Positions 38,860 to 53,570 of a stretch of DNA of 64,000 bases are shown piece after piece; positions within the stretch are counted from its first letter, which is position 1, and each line of letters begins with the position of its first letter. Below the pieces are notes generated by a model. The model did no database searches, was not told where the DNA came from, and saw only the letters and a program-made list of their open reading frames with translations. The position numbers and the translations under genes were made by a program. The DNA is from Octopus bimaculoides (Eukaryota), in the NCBI RefSeq assembly GCF_001194135.2, contig NC_068989.1:52109652-52173651 (forward strand), given 5' to 3'.

Positions 38860-39990
38860 TATGAAGACTGACCCTAGAGGAAGACCAAGCCAAATGGTGA
38901 GGAAGCAAATCAGTTATATACCGCTGTGTATAGTGGTTAGTGAGTAAATTAATGATACCAAAAGGAAATGGATAACAGACAAACACAAAATCATAGATGG
39001 GATAAAGAATTGTAAGAGCAAAGTTTTTATAATGAAATCCACAAAATTTTAATGAAAGAAAAGACAGAAACCCATGACGACTAACATTGAGGACAAATCC
39101 AGCCTCGTACCTACAAATTATACTGATGTCATTTCTCAGTATTGCAATGACCTTTGCAATCATCAACATCATAGATACTGTGAATAATAACAACAGAGTA
39201 TTTGTGGATACTCCAATTCTACAGAAGGGAGCAAAAGCGGTAGTGCGTATGCTTGAGGATGGAAAATCCCCTGGGGACGACAATGTACCACTAGAGATTT
39301 AAAAACCTGGAAGATCAAAATTTATAAAAGAACTGACAATTTATTGTTAGGGGATATGTCACGAAGCAATGCCCTGAAGAATGGAATCAATCACTAATGA
39401 TACCGATTTCCAAGAAAAATAACTTACGACTGCCATAAATTTTCAACAACTAGAGCCAGTCTAATTAACCATCTCAGCAACGAATTTCTGAAAAGAAATC
39501 GTGGAAGTAGAACAAGCTGGATCTTGGCGCAAAAAGAGTTCAGTAGAGCAAATATTTAACATCAGACTCATCACTATCAATCATCCGCAGCACGAACCTG
39601 AACGTTATTACAACCTCCCCAACTTCAAAACGGCCTTTGCATATAATTGGCACGTTGGGTTCTTCGACAACACCCTCATCAGAGTGATTCAAACTCTATA
39701 AAAATTCAAAAAATACAGTTCTCCTGAACATCTGAGAATTCTTGAGGACAATGTAGATGTTTTACAACATATTCCTGGAGAAAATCTTGCAGAAGACGCG
39801 CCTAGGCTTCTACGCATCTGTTTCCATTGAAGGCAGCGCACTTCAAGCCTAACCTACGCTTTACTGGTAAAATTGATCTGTTAGAAATCAGTGGAGGTAA
39901 ACTCCTTCCCACCAGACTGGGACGAGAATCAGGAGCTTAAGAGATGGAGATCAACAGAAAAAAGAGCAAGATACAGGATAACATTAATCA
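38860..39990 (+). mobile_element. RTE-type LINE RT remnant
   Basis: PILQKGAKAVVRMLEDGKSPGDDNVPLEI, EWNQSLMIPISKK, EQAGSWRKKSSVEQIFNIR, NLRFTGKIDLL, MEINRKKSK. Multiple stops and frameshifts. Confidence 0.85.
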
Positions 39991-40808
39991 CCAGAAAATA
40001 GCAATATATGGTTAATTAAAGCCCTTCCGCGATAATCTTTGTATTTCACTGAATTAATATTCCTCATTTCATTTGTAAGTAGCTGAGTGTTACATTGATA
40101 CCTGTATTACTTATATAAATTTAGAGCTAATTTAAACAAGGGCGACGTGCTGCTTGAAACAACATACAATTATTCGGACTAGATAGTATTTAGTACACCA
40201 ACACAGCTTCATCAAAAATGCAAAGTTCGACATGAAGCAAGAGAAAAATGTTTGTCCAAGTTATCACACGGTAATTAATCTCTGGATCCAGTTATTGCGT
40301 AACGAAACTTCTAAACCGTTCGTCCATATTGTGTCGATGAAACATGCACGCCCACACATACACATTCCTATTTCTTTTTGGAACGGAATTTCGAAGCACA
40401 TATAAGGCTATAAATAATAGCAAAGAAACATTTGACTGCACAGCACTTTAGATAGAAGCCGAATGTTACCTCTTGTACTCGAACCCTCGTCTTCTGAAGA
40501 CGTGAAAGGCATTCGACCAATTTGCTCTCTCGAAGATTTATTAACTCATATGACGCCTCCAACAATCAATTACAGCTGAAAAATTTGAAGGAGTGATTTG
40601 GGCCAATGGTAGAACGCCTGCCCGAGTCCTACCGCAGCCTTTGAGCTTTTCTAACCAAAAGTATTTCTTAACAAGATATTTACTTACTGTTTATTACAGC
40701 AAATTGCGCCTCGGAATTGAATTCTTCCAAACCACTAGTTCCCGTTCTTTCGAAAGTTTATATGTACTTATTATGCCAGTAATATATATATAACTTTATA
40801 TGTATGTA

Positions 40809-40876
<68 letters not shown>

Positions 40877-42755
40877 AACTTATAGATAGATAAATAGATG
40901 GATAGATAAATATATTCATATTGAATTTATTAATATATTTCTGTTGTGCGATTTGCTGGAGCATTGCACTATAATCTTACAATATATAGTACTCACTGTT
41001 AAGTTTCCGAGTCCGAGGTCATCTTTAATGTCACACATTACGGGATGGATAGAGCAGAATTCCATTCAGTAAGTACAATCGAAATAACGAACTGGTATTC
41101 ATCTCTCTCTGTCATCTACAAGCAGCAATATTACACTTATGAACATGAGATAATTAATATTCAAAATATCCAGAGCGCTCTATATCGCTTATAATTTTCG
41201 AATCACTTTCAGTGAACGTCAGTATTGTTACGTTTGAGAAGCAGAAAAAATGGAAAATGATATTTAAATTTAGAGTACTTCGATTGTTAGATAAGTCTCC
41301 GAGGTATCCGTTTTGTGCTGCATGATTTGCTTTGCCATTAACATAAAGTAACAAACCAAAACTGATTTTGTTTCTATATTCACTATTTTCCTATGCACCA
41401 TTCCAGTTAGAATATATGTCAGATATTTCTCGTAATCAAAGTTAGATATATATTGATGTGATCACTACTGGTGCACAGTGTAAGTCTATACGTCTCTATA
41501 AATGTTGATAGCCTCAAGAATAGCAAGACAAATACTATAAATATATAACGGGCTAAATGAAGCTTCTGTCAACAGCGGTGGAAAGTTTTCATGCAATGAT
41601 GGATATCCTTCAAATACGCCTCATTTAAAATGGAGTAAATATATTTCCTTTCAGTAATATACTTCCACATATGACGGGCTAATGTATATACATTGAATAA
41701 GCAAACAGAAATTCTTTTCTCAAATTTTTTGGATCTGTCACAAACAAAAAGTTTCATATACGTAGCAAGCGCATATATGTATGTATGAACGTATGTATAT
41801 ATGCATGTATGTATGTATATACATATAAATATATGTGTGTGCGTTATATGTATAGTTATATATATCATATTATACATACTGTATATGTTATGTNNNNNNN
41901 NNNNNNNNNNNNNNNNNNNNNNNNNNNNNNNNNNNNNNNNNNNNNNNNNNNNNNNNNNNNNNNNNNNNNNNNNNNNNNNNNNNNNNNNNNNNNNNNNNNN
42001 NNNNNNNNNNNNNNNNNNNNNNNNNNNNNNNNNNNNNNATATATATATATATATATATATAAGTAAACCTGTGTAGTATTAAAGCTACGTTTGTTCGTCG
42101 TTTAGTATGGTAACTTAATAGACGTGGCGCTGAAGTAGCATTACTGGTTCTCATTGTCGTTCTTAGACAAACAGAAAAAAAGAGAGAACATCTGCGTTGT
42201 TCCATTCTTAAAATGAAATGAATAGCATTAACATTAGTTGTATCTTTGTAGCTTAACTTATTTCATGCTTTCTTCCTTTTCACTCTTTCGTATTCCTCTT
42301 TTCTTCTTCAGCATTGTCTACCCATGCTGAAAGAAACTGTGGAAGTACTTTAGTAACTGTCACTTGAAATCAATAGCCTGGCCGTATATACCTTATGTTT
42401 AATGGTTAAAATCTTATTTACTAATGGCATCCGTAACTGCTTTGGTAAACTATTGTTTGTTTGCCTTTCAGTGGCCGATATAATAATTTATCGTCAATTA
42501 GCATTTGTTGGGCATTTTCTTATAAATCTTTATAATCATATCATATCGATTTTGTTTCAAATGTGTCTCATCGTTATATTTTTATAGATATGATAACTGG
42601 TATCAAACGTATCAATATTTATACACACACATGCCTAAATGGCTACCACTACACAGACATATACTTACTCACACACACACACACACACACACACTCACTC
42701 ACACAAAAAGCACACACATGCACACATAACTACACACACTCGCAAACACGCACAT

Positions 42756-42792
<37 letters not shown>

Positions 42793-43092
42793 NNNNNNNN
42801 NNNNNNNNNNNNNNNNNNNNNNNNNNNNNNNNNNNNNNNNNNNNNNNNNNNNNNNNNNNNNNNNNNNNNNNNNNNNNNNNNNNNNNNNNNNNNNNNNNNN
42901 NNNNNNNNNNNNNNNNNNNNNNNNNNNNNNNNNNNNNNNNNNNNNNNNNNNNNNNNNNNNNNNNNNNNNNNNNNNNNNNNNNNNNNNNNNNNNNNNNNNN
43001 NNNNNNNNNNNNNNNNNNNNNNNNNNNNNNNNNNNNNNNNNNNNNNNNNNNNNNNNNNNNNNNNNNNNNNNNNNNNNNNNNNNNNNNNNNNN

Positions 43093-43125
<33 letters not shown>

Positions 43126-43539
43126 CGTATTTCAAATAATATGTATCTCTCACCAGATAGACCACTGAGCTGCACATTATGTGTTTGTGTGTACGTGCGT
43201 GGGTATGTGTGTGTGTGTGTGCATAGATAGAAATTTAACAGAAAGCAATTTTAAGCTGCAATCAATTTACTTTCTGAATAATAGTTTGAAAGCTAAATAT
43301 ACGAAAGAATGTCCTGACAGGAAATGAGGAATCACCACAACATATGTTATACACACATTCTTATAAACACACATACTTATAAACTTACACATATACACAC
43401 GCACGCACATAAACACACAAACACACACAAATACACACACACTCACACACACACACATATATATATATATGCATATATATAAAATAACGAGCGTAACTAG
43501 ATCCAATATAAAACCAAAAAAGAAAATATGAATAGTGAC

Positions 43540-44276
43540 TGAGGATGAAGGGACCAGCAGATGAAATGACCTTGGCCTTCTTTGCAGCAAGTAAAGAGGG
43601 ATGTTTCCAGAACTCATCCTAGGTTAGGTATTGCTCAAGGACTTAGGTTGGATCAGCATCAAACAATGTCCGATATTCCCTCTGATGGAATCAGCTTGCT
43701 ACGCTTCTCATCAGGTATCAGGAGACGTGTTACCTACCGAGAATAAGCTTTCGTCATATCAGGATCCTTGTGCAGAATACTTTCTATTCTCTCACGGGAT
43801 ACACTAATAGCCTTGGCTATTTGATTGCTTTATTCTCTCGTGGGATACACTAATAGCATTGGCTATTTGATTGCTTGTCATTCATCAATATGTGGTGATC
43901 GCGATCAGGGTTTCCTTAGCGTTGTAGCTGGATAAGTCCAGACCTTGATTCATCCTCCGTACCCCTTCTAAATTCAGCTGCCCGTTTTACATAGTCGATA
44001 ACGGTGGAACGCCATCCCTAATGTAGCAACAATGTCATCATGAGTCTTTGGGGGATAAAGCCATTTCTAGCAGATACGATACCAAATTCTGTCCATTTCC
44101 AAAGCCAATCATCACTAGTTACACTTGTACACTTCATTGAATAGTTAGATGTCATTTTATTTCAAAACAAACAATGCTGTTACTGATTAAGAGATTTCAG
44201 TTTAATGCATGCAATATTTTCTAGTTTGCATGATTCTTTCATAGTCAGCCTATTAACTTTTCATCTCACCCTCGTA
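43540..44276 (-). mobile_element. 5' half of a mariner element (TIR plus HTH and first-D region)
   Basis: The 5' TIR tacgagggtgagatgaaaagtt ends at 44276. The ORF remnant reads MDRIWYR, IAKAISVSRERIESILH, VTRLLIPDEKR, LT*DEFW, AKKAKVISSAG. It contains a 2x46-bp tandem duplication at 43785-43876. Confidence 0.85.
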
Positions 44277-44329
44277 GTATATAAATAAATGTTAACTGAG
44301 AAAATTTATAAGCCAAAGCTCTGAATTAT

Positions 44330-45010
44330 GTGTACGTTAGAAAACAGAGGGGAAAAAAATTCTGATGTGTAACCACAAGTCCTATTGTTATACCTCTGGC
44401 ATTCCATATTGTTGTGCAAGAACTTTCGAGAAAATTCCACGCTTATATGATACGATATCAGTTCTGGAGACTATTCCAAACTTGACGATATCCTTAATCA
44501 TTCAAAACAACCATAACTTCCAGGTTTCTTTTATAAGATTTTTTTCCAATCTCTCTATTGTTCGTTGTAAAGCCATAAATTTGAGCAGTAATCCAACTTG
44601 CAGTTAACAAACAATTTTAAGTTCCAGTAACACTCCTGGTTCTCTTAAAACTAGTGTCTCAAAATCTATATGGTAAAAGAAAAATTGAATAGTCTCCCAC
44701 ATATCTATATCTACTGCTTCTAAGGTATTTTGATTTATAAGTATTGGTTCTGTAACTTAACGAGATAGTAAATGGCTCACCTACATTAAAATGTGGGATA
44801 AATCGAGCACTGTATTTCTTTATTTAACATTTTCTGATGCTCACTATAATGTCTCGTTTGTGCAAAATATATCATTTTGAGTAGGATAAGTGTGGTCTGA
44901 TTTTTATTAGAGTTTCAAACGATCTTAGAGTATCAGAGAATCATTTACTCGTCATTATCAATGGAAGACGCGATACCGGTGTAATCTCTTTCCTTGAGCT
45001 TGCCTTCTAC
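44330..45010 (-). mobile_element. Old CR1-type LINE fragment
   Basis: The minus strand gives CKLDYCSNLW and YRII*AWNFLE (RY.IIY.WKILE-like), with weaker PQG-like and FADDTR-like remnants upstream. Confidence 0.55.
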
Positions 45011-45126
45011 TGTACTGTTTATAATCAACCGTTCGCTTTGATTTTGTAGAACTATGTCATAACGTATGTATGTATGCTTGCATGTAAATATGTGTGCGCA
45101 CGTGTGTGTGGATCTGATTATATGTG

Positions 45127-45159
<33 letters not shown>

Positions 45160-46906
45160 ACGCACAAACACACACGTATATATCTATGTGTATATAGCCG
45201 TGAGCATTTGTTTGTAGAATGTGCGAGCATGAGCATGCTTACATATAAGCTTATTTATACCATAGCCGAATCTGAATCGGTATGGCTAACCACGAGTTCC
45301 GTTCCACTTTCAGCATCATAAACAACTGCCTTCAACTATGTCCATGAGCCAATCATTGTCACGTGAGTGAATTTACTAGACGTGAAATTATTGGAAATGT
45401 GTTTGCGTGTGGGCGCGCATGCTTGTATGTGTATGTGTGTGTATGTGTCTATGCGTAAGTACGTCTCTCAACGCATGTTAGCGTATGTAAATTTTCCAGA
45501 TGAGGTATCACTGACTAACGTACTACCAAGCATCATACTGCTTTTACTTATTGTCCCCAACGTTCGAACTTATAAAAATTGCTGCACAAAAGCAACGAAA
45601 GAGTTATGGTAAATTAATTGTGAATGAATCCTCATCCATATCCTTATTTTTACTCACCGTTATGAAAATGACTTAATTGAATCTATGAAACATAATATTA
45701 TCTCAGTGAACGTTTAGTTTACAAAGGATATCGATTTTTTTCACTGTTATTTAACTGAAATTTAATCAAATTCATGTAAAATGTGAAATTAATTTTGACT
45801 TTTCTCAAAGTATAATCTCATGTTTTATTTGTCTATAAAATCTCATCTTATCTATGTTTGAATGTTAGGCGATAATGCATTCACATGAAACATTTGCAGG
45901 TGTTGAATTAATGAACGCAACACTATATTGTCGGTAGGCGAGTTAGAATTAGAGATAAAGTGACCTCACGCATGCTACTCTTTAAAAACTGGAAAAACAC
46001 ATTAGATATATAATCCAAGGTATCAAAGGCCTTAGATATGATCTAAAAATTGAGTCTTTCATCATTAATTCCTTAAATATGTCAACAATTATAAAATGAT
46101 ATTACCAAAAATAATTATACTTTCAGATAACTTATTGTTCATCTTTTCATTGTTTTAAATAAATTAAACTATATAAAAATCTGGGTATATTAACATCGTT
46201 AATTTTGCGTTTTTTTTTTTTTTTCATTTTTATATATTAAGGATTTTGTTCACAATTCTCCTTCATTAAATATATCAGTTTTGTCGACTTCCCATTATTA
46301 TAAACTATTTAACACACATGATCGAGCATATTTAGAATTTCCAAACACGATTACTAAGAATAGAAAACATAAACCGAATAATATAAAGCATAGTATTTTG
46401 TTTTACGCGTAAGACTATTGTCCATAAAAAATTATTATCTATAGCCAAGATTGATAATATTTTTACCAGTATCGTAGTAACGAAATCAATTTTAAAGAGA
46501 TCAAATACTTAGTTGATTGATTTATTTTAAAATACATCTATCATTAGTACTACGGACACAAATATTACTGAAGCATTGTATCACTTGAACTAAGCACGTA
46601 CAGTTAATAAAATTTTAAAGCATTTACTAAGTCTCACGCACAATTTATAAAATGTTTTTTAGCAAGTTCTAATCGAAAATATTGACATGTTCTTATATTT
46701 AGGATAATTATTGAAGCATGAATGGTCTGGAATACATTAGTAACGACATGATTTGTTTTACTTAACCCGAGACTAAAGCATACTTAGTTTTCAAATATGT
46801 ATATCATCGTAAGGGTAATTTGTAGGCTATCATTGGCCAGACATTTAAAAATATAAATGTACACAAACACAGAAACACGCACAAACACAGAAACACACAC
46901 AAACAC

Positions 46907-46941
<35 letters not shown>

Positions 46942-49283
46942 AACACACACAAACACCGATCCATGCAGTGTTTCTCAATTGTCCTATATACATAAAGGGA
47001 ATAGTGTTTAGCACTAATTCCAACGAATCCTACTTTTTGCATTAGAGACGTGAACGTAGAGAAGCAAGTAATAATTATTCCATGAATCCGCTGTTCAGCA
47101 CAGTTACATATTGACTGATATGTGGACATCTGTTTCTCTAATGAGTTTACCATAATTTTATCTAAAAAGTGTATTCTTTGTAGCCATAGAATAGTATTTA
47201 ACAAATGTAGTGAAATAACATTCAGTATTATGGCTAAAATTGTGTACTAGTCTTCCACACAATAGATTCACTGATATCACCTTATGCCTTTCGAAGATAT
47301 GCTGCAATATTTATGCCACAGGCACTAAAATGAGTTTAATATCACACTCAATCCTCATAAAAACTGAATATATTTTTAGTATTAATACAACAGGGTTAAT
47401 CAAACATAATTATTTATCCTCGAAGTAAATGTTTTGCCTGAAGCTCGTCATATACGTATCTGATTTGTTTAAATGAAGACGAACACTTCTAGCATATTTT
47501 GGATTCGTATACAAACTTAGAACATATATGATGTGTGAGACGTATATTTGATAGAGAACATACTTCCAACGATGTATAGCATACACACCAATATAAGTAA
47601 TTAGGTGTCTGATTTATAAATGTTTCCCCATCATCTTCGGGCTACACAACTAACAGAAGAAAACTCTGAAAGAGTATATAATACATAAATATACAAAAGA
47701 CGTCCTACATTTGTGAAATTCCGATTGTATGCATGTTTGTCTATTCATGAATGTAGAGTAAGAATAAAAGTTTGATATAGTATTTATTAAGACGTTGAGA
47801 GAAGGAATTTTTTTTCCATGAGTCAATTCTAGAATTAATGTACATGTAAATATGGCACCATATATCTATTTAAATTATTGCTGCTATATTCCTTAATACT
47901 GAGGTATGTACAAGTTTGCTACTTTGTGTATTATATGTCTATATATATGCGTGTGTATGCGTGTGTGTGAGTGCGTGAGTGTGTACATGTATACATAGGC
48001 ATAAATATGTACACACATGTGTGTGCGCACACTTACTGACACAATGACTCACACATATACACTCAGACGCATAAATGTACATAGAAATATGCGATATATA
48101 CATGTACACACAGACACAGGCATACACACAGACACACACACACACACATGTACATACATACATACATAAATGCATACATGCATACATACATACATACATA
48201 CATACATACATACATAGATGTTGAAAATGAAATAGCGAAAAGACTCAACGTTTTTTCCGAAGTATACAACTAGCAGATGTCTTATATCTTTATTTCAATC
48301 GATGTGTTACACGCACAATATGCGAGAAACTAAGTCAGTAGAACAGGAATATCTTTACAAACTCAGAAGCTAACAGAAATACACTTACACGCAATTACAT
48401 ATAGGCACAGGAATACGTACTTAAATGTGCCTGTGTATATCTGTATGTTTGTCTAACTGTTTATTTCTATATCTATCCGTCGAGCTATCNNNNNNNNNNT
48501 ATATATATATATATAAATGTATACATATATTATTTTTCAAGTGATGCGTTTCCAGCCACTCACATCTTTCTTTTTAAAATATGTATATTTCAGACAAGCC
48601 TTTTAATGTTCAAAGTACGGTTTTTCTCGTATTGAGATGTGTAAGTTAGAAATGTTCTTAAATATTATTTCCATTAGCAAATGTACATTGCATTACATTT
48701 TCCGATCGGATAGCTTTTTACACAGTTTTAGATGATAGAAGAAGCCTGATTTTGGAACAGGTATGTATATTATTGACGTATTTAACCAGAGGACACGCTA
48801 AAGCAAGAGTAAAATATATATATGCTACTTATGTGCAAGCAATTTCTAACTTACTCATATGAATGAACTTCATTCGATGTTTATAGCCTATCCAATCGAT
48901 ACTGCATATATTCAAAAGTGCTGCTGTAAAATTCCTTCAGATATCTCCAAAGGCTTCAATATTAATCTACTTTCCATTTGCATGGTTAAACATACCGGAA
49001 AGTTTTGTTAAAATTCTAGCGAGAATGTTTTGCAACGAGACTTGGCAATATGTATTTCACATGGAACGCTCATTAAAAAGAAATGTACAATTTGTAATTT
49101 TATAGATACCAACATTTTGATATCTGAAAGCTTACAAATGATAAATTCAATAAAACTATACGTAGACAAGTAGGCTCTTCCACAAACACAGACGTTCATC
49201 TATGCATGCATATTTGCATAAACAAACGTTCACACATTCATATGTGTATGCATCTATGTATTATGTTTATACACATATATATC

Positions 49284-49324
<41 letters not shown>

Positions 49325-49658
49325 TTTACACACACGCACAAATATACATATATATGAGTGTGTGTGTGTGTATTTACATATGTGCCTCAATGCGCGTATA
49401 TGTGTATATATGTGTGTGAATATATATATATATATATATATANNNNNNNNNNNNNNNNNNNNNNNNNNNNNNNNNNNNNNNNNNNNNNNNNNNNNNNNNN
49501 NNNNNNNNNNNNNNNNNNNNNNNNNNNNNNNNNNNNNNNNNNNNNNNNNNNNNNNNNNNNNNNNNNNNNNNNNNNNNNNNNNNNNNNNNNNNNNNNNNNN
49601 NNNNNNNNATATATATATGTGACGTAAGTTCACTTCAAATCAATAGAGAAACACACGC

Positions 49659-49705
<47 letters not shown>

Positions 49706-50979
49706 GATATAGATATAGATAGATATATGGATGCATATATGTGCTTGTGCTTGTGTGTGCACAGAAGAGTATTCACTTTATAGGTCTGCTTATTCTACAG
49801 CAGTGCAATTTATGATATTAAATGTGAGAAAATATATCACAATTTTATTGAACTACTATTGACCTGCTGACAAAACTTTGGTTAAATTAGTGTTGAGTGA
49901 TTCTTTCCTCAACACACATATATTTATCTTTCTTGTTTCCACATACTCTACCTTTCAATCGTCATGTGTTCGTTTTCACGTACCCGGTACATGTCAATAT
50001 TGGGGAGGGGGTCATCGAATTTTCCCATTCCATTCGTATATATACTTGCAGAAACATCAGCTATTGGAAACAGAAATATATTTAAAATTGCATATTGAAT
50101 GTATCTAACCAGTAAAAGGTTTATATTGTGTATATAATCTGTGTATTTGAACGTAAAATACGGTATATTCTTGAAATAATGAACCAACAAATAAATTGTG
50201 TCTATAATCATGTTTTCATAAGCTGTCGAGTAAGACGTGATTATATCCATGATATGTACATTATTCCACAAATCTGTTTCAGCCAATGCCGTTACTGTCT
50301 GGTTTAGACATCTGGAAATCACTGTGGACAGGAGTTGCATGACATAGGAGGCAATTATGACTAGCTTTGACAACAGATTTGTTTTCATAGAAAAGTGCAG
50401 AAAGATTCCTGTTGGGAGGTTAGATACAATACTGTGATGGCCACCAAATCCATGTATATGAAGCTATATACAACTTGCTTCAAGTTTAATTAGTATACAC
50501 ATGCTGGTCTTAGAATGCACACATAATATATGTCAATTATCTTGAATTCATGTTTCGAATACAGGAGGAGCTTTATAAAATGAAATATACTTAAATTCTT
50601 TGTAACAGATATTGAAATTGGCGAACTATCAGTGCCTTTATTTAGAATGTGTTTTTCGATTTGATTTCAAACTGGTCAAATATCATATTCGCCCTGTGAA
50701 AATGACGAAATATGTATAGCCCAATCCGTTTTCTAAGCTGAAGTACTATAAAATCAGGAGACTTGGCATCGCAAATTTTGTACCAGCTACTTCACTCATG
50801 TGTTGAAATTCCGCCCTTTGAATCTGAGACTGGGTAATATATACAATAATTCATTAATAGATGTATAATTGCTTGATAAAGCTTCATTCACTTATAAAGA
50901 AAAATTGATGAATGAAATAGTGTTGAAAATGAATATTAAATATTATATATAATAACAAATCCTATATTTTCTTCATTGT

Positions 50980-51645
50980 ACTTGCGTGATTAACATAAGC
51001 AATAGCAACTTAGACTACCACAATGTGCAAAATCATAAACGTGTACGATATGGTCCAATAACTGCTGGAATTGCCCCTGCTTGGCTATTGAGACTCCCAA
51101 AATGTCTAAGAAACATCTTAAATTCACAGGCGTCTTATTATGGTGCAGCACAACGAATTCATTGCGCTGTTATTTTTGAACGGAACTCGACTGGTTATCC
51201 TTAATGAAAATTTCATTAACAGTCTACTATAACAAACATTAAAGAGGGCTTTGGTGTGGAATTTTCTTTTCAGCAAGATGACCCAAAGCCACACAACTAT
51301 AGTCATACGAGGTTCTACCTTGACCAAAGTTTACCAAGCTGGTGTATTAGATGAAATTACCCTGAGTGGACCACACAGTGCTACAATTATTTTATATTAA
51401 AAGGGTGCTCAAAAGATGCAATTTAATGCAACAATCGACTAATTGTGGACAACCGTTGAACGAGAAAGCACACAAATTCGAAACGAAATATTTGCGATTG
51501 AATTGTGTTTCATTATCAGTATTGCCTGCCCTGAAATAGAACGGCCATCATGCTCACAACAGGAGTTCATAAAATTGAAGCGTATCTGTAGGCTGTATTA
51601 AAGTTTGGAAGTGAAATGTATTTGAACACATACTTTATAATTATT
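50980..51645 (+). mobile_element. Decayed Tc1/mariner transposase 3' half
   Basis: FERNSTGY, FSFQQDDPKPH..TRFYLDQSLPSWCIR..PEW resemble FQQDGAPPH...R.YLD..LP.RW...EWPP. The end sequence is TIR-like (ttgaacacatactttata). Confidence 0.55.
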
Positions 51646-53249
51646 GAGTATGTGTATACTTTGCGTGGACACAGTGTATGTGCGTGTGTGAGTGAATGTG
51701 TGTGAACATGTTTGAGTATGTGTGCATGTGTGTGTGTATTACATACGAAGTAATATAAGTGCTGTGACTAAATCAGACAACTGGATCTCAGGAATAACTC
51801 GAATAAATTGCTTAATGGTTCATGCATCTCTACGACCAAATGATTAGAGCTATTTCAGTAAATGCATCTTATTGAACGCTGTTCCAATAATAGAAGAGTT
51901 AGTCTAATTTACATTATCGCATAATTGCATAATACTAGTTTGGATTATTTTTATTGGATCCAATATGTCAGACTAAATGAAAGCGGAAGTGTAAATCCGA
52001 TGAATTTGATATAATAAATATACATTTTGTGAGGATTCCTCGGCATCAGACCAATTCATGAAGTTAAACTCGATAAACATTCATATATTCAATAACAAAT
52101 GAATATAAATTCATTTGTATTATAACCGGTGCTAAATTCATCTTGTAATAGATTATGTTTCAATCAAGAAATCAATTTATCATTGTTATTGCTCAAATTC
52201 ACTTTTCAATAAGATTGGTAAATTCATCCTAATTGACAACGTTTCATTAAGAATACATATGCTTCCGTGTGTATGCATGTGTGAGTGTCGCATGTATATA
52301 TATATATATATATATATNNNNNNNNNNNNNNNNNNNNNNNNNNNNNNNNNNNNNNNNNNNNNNNNNNNNNNNNNNNNNNNNNNNNNNNNNNNNNNNNNNN
52401 NNNNNNNNNNNNNNNNNNNNNNNNNNNNNNNNNNNNNNNNNNNNNNNNNNNNNNNNNNNNNNNNNNNNNNNNNNNNNNNNNNNNNNNNNNNNNNNNNNNN
52501 NNNNNNNNNNNNNNNNNNNNNNNNNNNNNNNNNNNNNTATATATATATATATATATATTCGCATACACACTTCCTCACTCCTCACTCTCCCTTTCTCTCT
52601 CTCATTCTGTCACACACACAAACATACAAATACATATATGTATGTATGTATATATATATATGGAGTAAAGATTAATAACTAGTGTACTGCCTGAATACAA
52701 ACAGAGCTAGATGTACGAGATATATGTTACAATGTGCAGCACTAATTTATATTCGCTGATTCTAACGGATGCAGTATTCATTCTCTTCGCGGACTCACCG
52801 GGGCAGTTAGCAATAATTTGTTAATATTCCGTTAATACTCCATTTAGTCTTTTGCAAATCGACACCTGCAGGTATTGATAATAACCGCGATAATATTTCT
52901 GAGAGAATTTATTCTGGGATTAAAAGAGTAGTGACATTGGTTAAGAAGCGTGAATGTTGAATACAGCAAAGTTGATGACTATTAGAGAAACGAGTATTTC
53001 AAAAGTGCCTGAGTGTAGACTCAACGACTGCATCAACATTTCCGAACTATGTATTCTTAAACAGGATAAATATGTAAATACGTACTGAAAAGCGCAGTTA
53101 TCATTCTTATTCACTGTGGAAATCAAAATTTTACAACTGCTACAGAGACATGCAGAAAGCAGCTCCACAGACAGTACAACTAATGCATTCCTAATTATAT
53201 CCAATTTTAGATCCCAATCACACACTTCACTGTTCTATGTAATTTTACA

Positions 53250-53570
53250 GCAAGCTACATGTTAGCAAGCTACATGCAAAGCTTGTAGAAATAAAATCAG
53301 AAAGAAACATGTGATTTTGCGTTGTTATGGTTTCACTAACCTATGTCCTTTCGATGTGAAAGCTATTGAAGTTCTCTAACATGTTCATATTATTATAGAT
53401 GCTCTATAGTGTAGTGGTGTGTTTTGAACATCACTCTAATTATACTTTAGTAATCATATGAAATTGCATATTTCTTTCTGATTGTTGTGATGGATATAGT
53501 TATATTGTATGTAGGACTAAATTATTTGAAGTGCTCATCCGATTCTGATACGGTAATACTAATGCACGCA
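53250..53570 (-). mobile_element. Possible 5' fragment of the same maT family as 55385-56880
   Basis: 53511-53557 matches 56825-56870 at 42 of 47 positions. Both translate as YQNRMSTS.NLVL on the minus strand. Confidence 0.35.

Noticed and set aside
38848-38875. CTGATGAAGCC hammerhead-like start
   Set aside because: No complementary stem II arm or GAAA follows.
45257-45290. Small hairpin ccatagccga...tcggtatgg and the protein-like frame LKAVVYDAESGTELVVSH
   Set aside because: The hairpin is short and bulged with no Helitron CTRR end, and the frame lacks a good splice acceptor and any recognisable homology.
49948-50388. 146-aa minus-strand ORF
   Set aside because: It has low-information, AT-driven composition and no recognisable motif.
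53110-53190. CTVCGAAF zinc-finger-like motif on the minus strand
   Set aside because: It is followed by stops, the histidine spacing is wrong and there are no neighbouring fingers.
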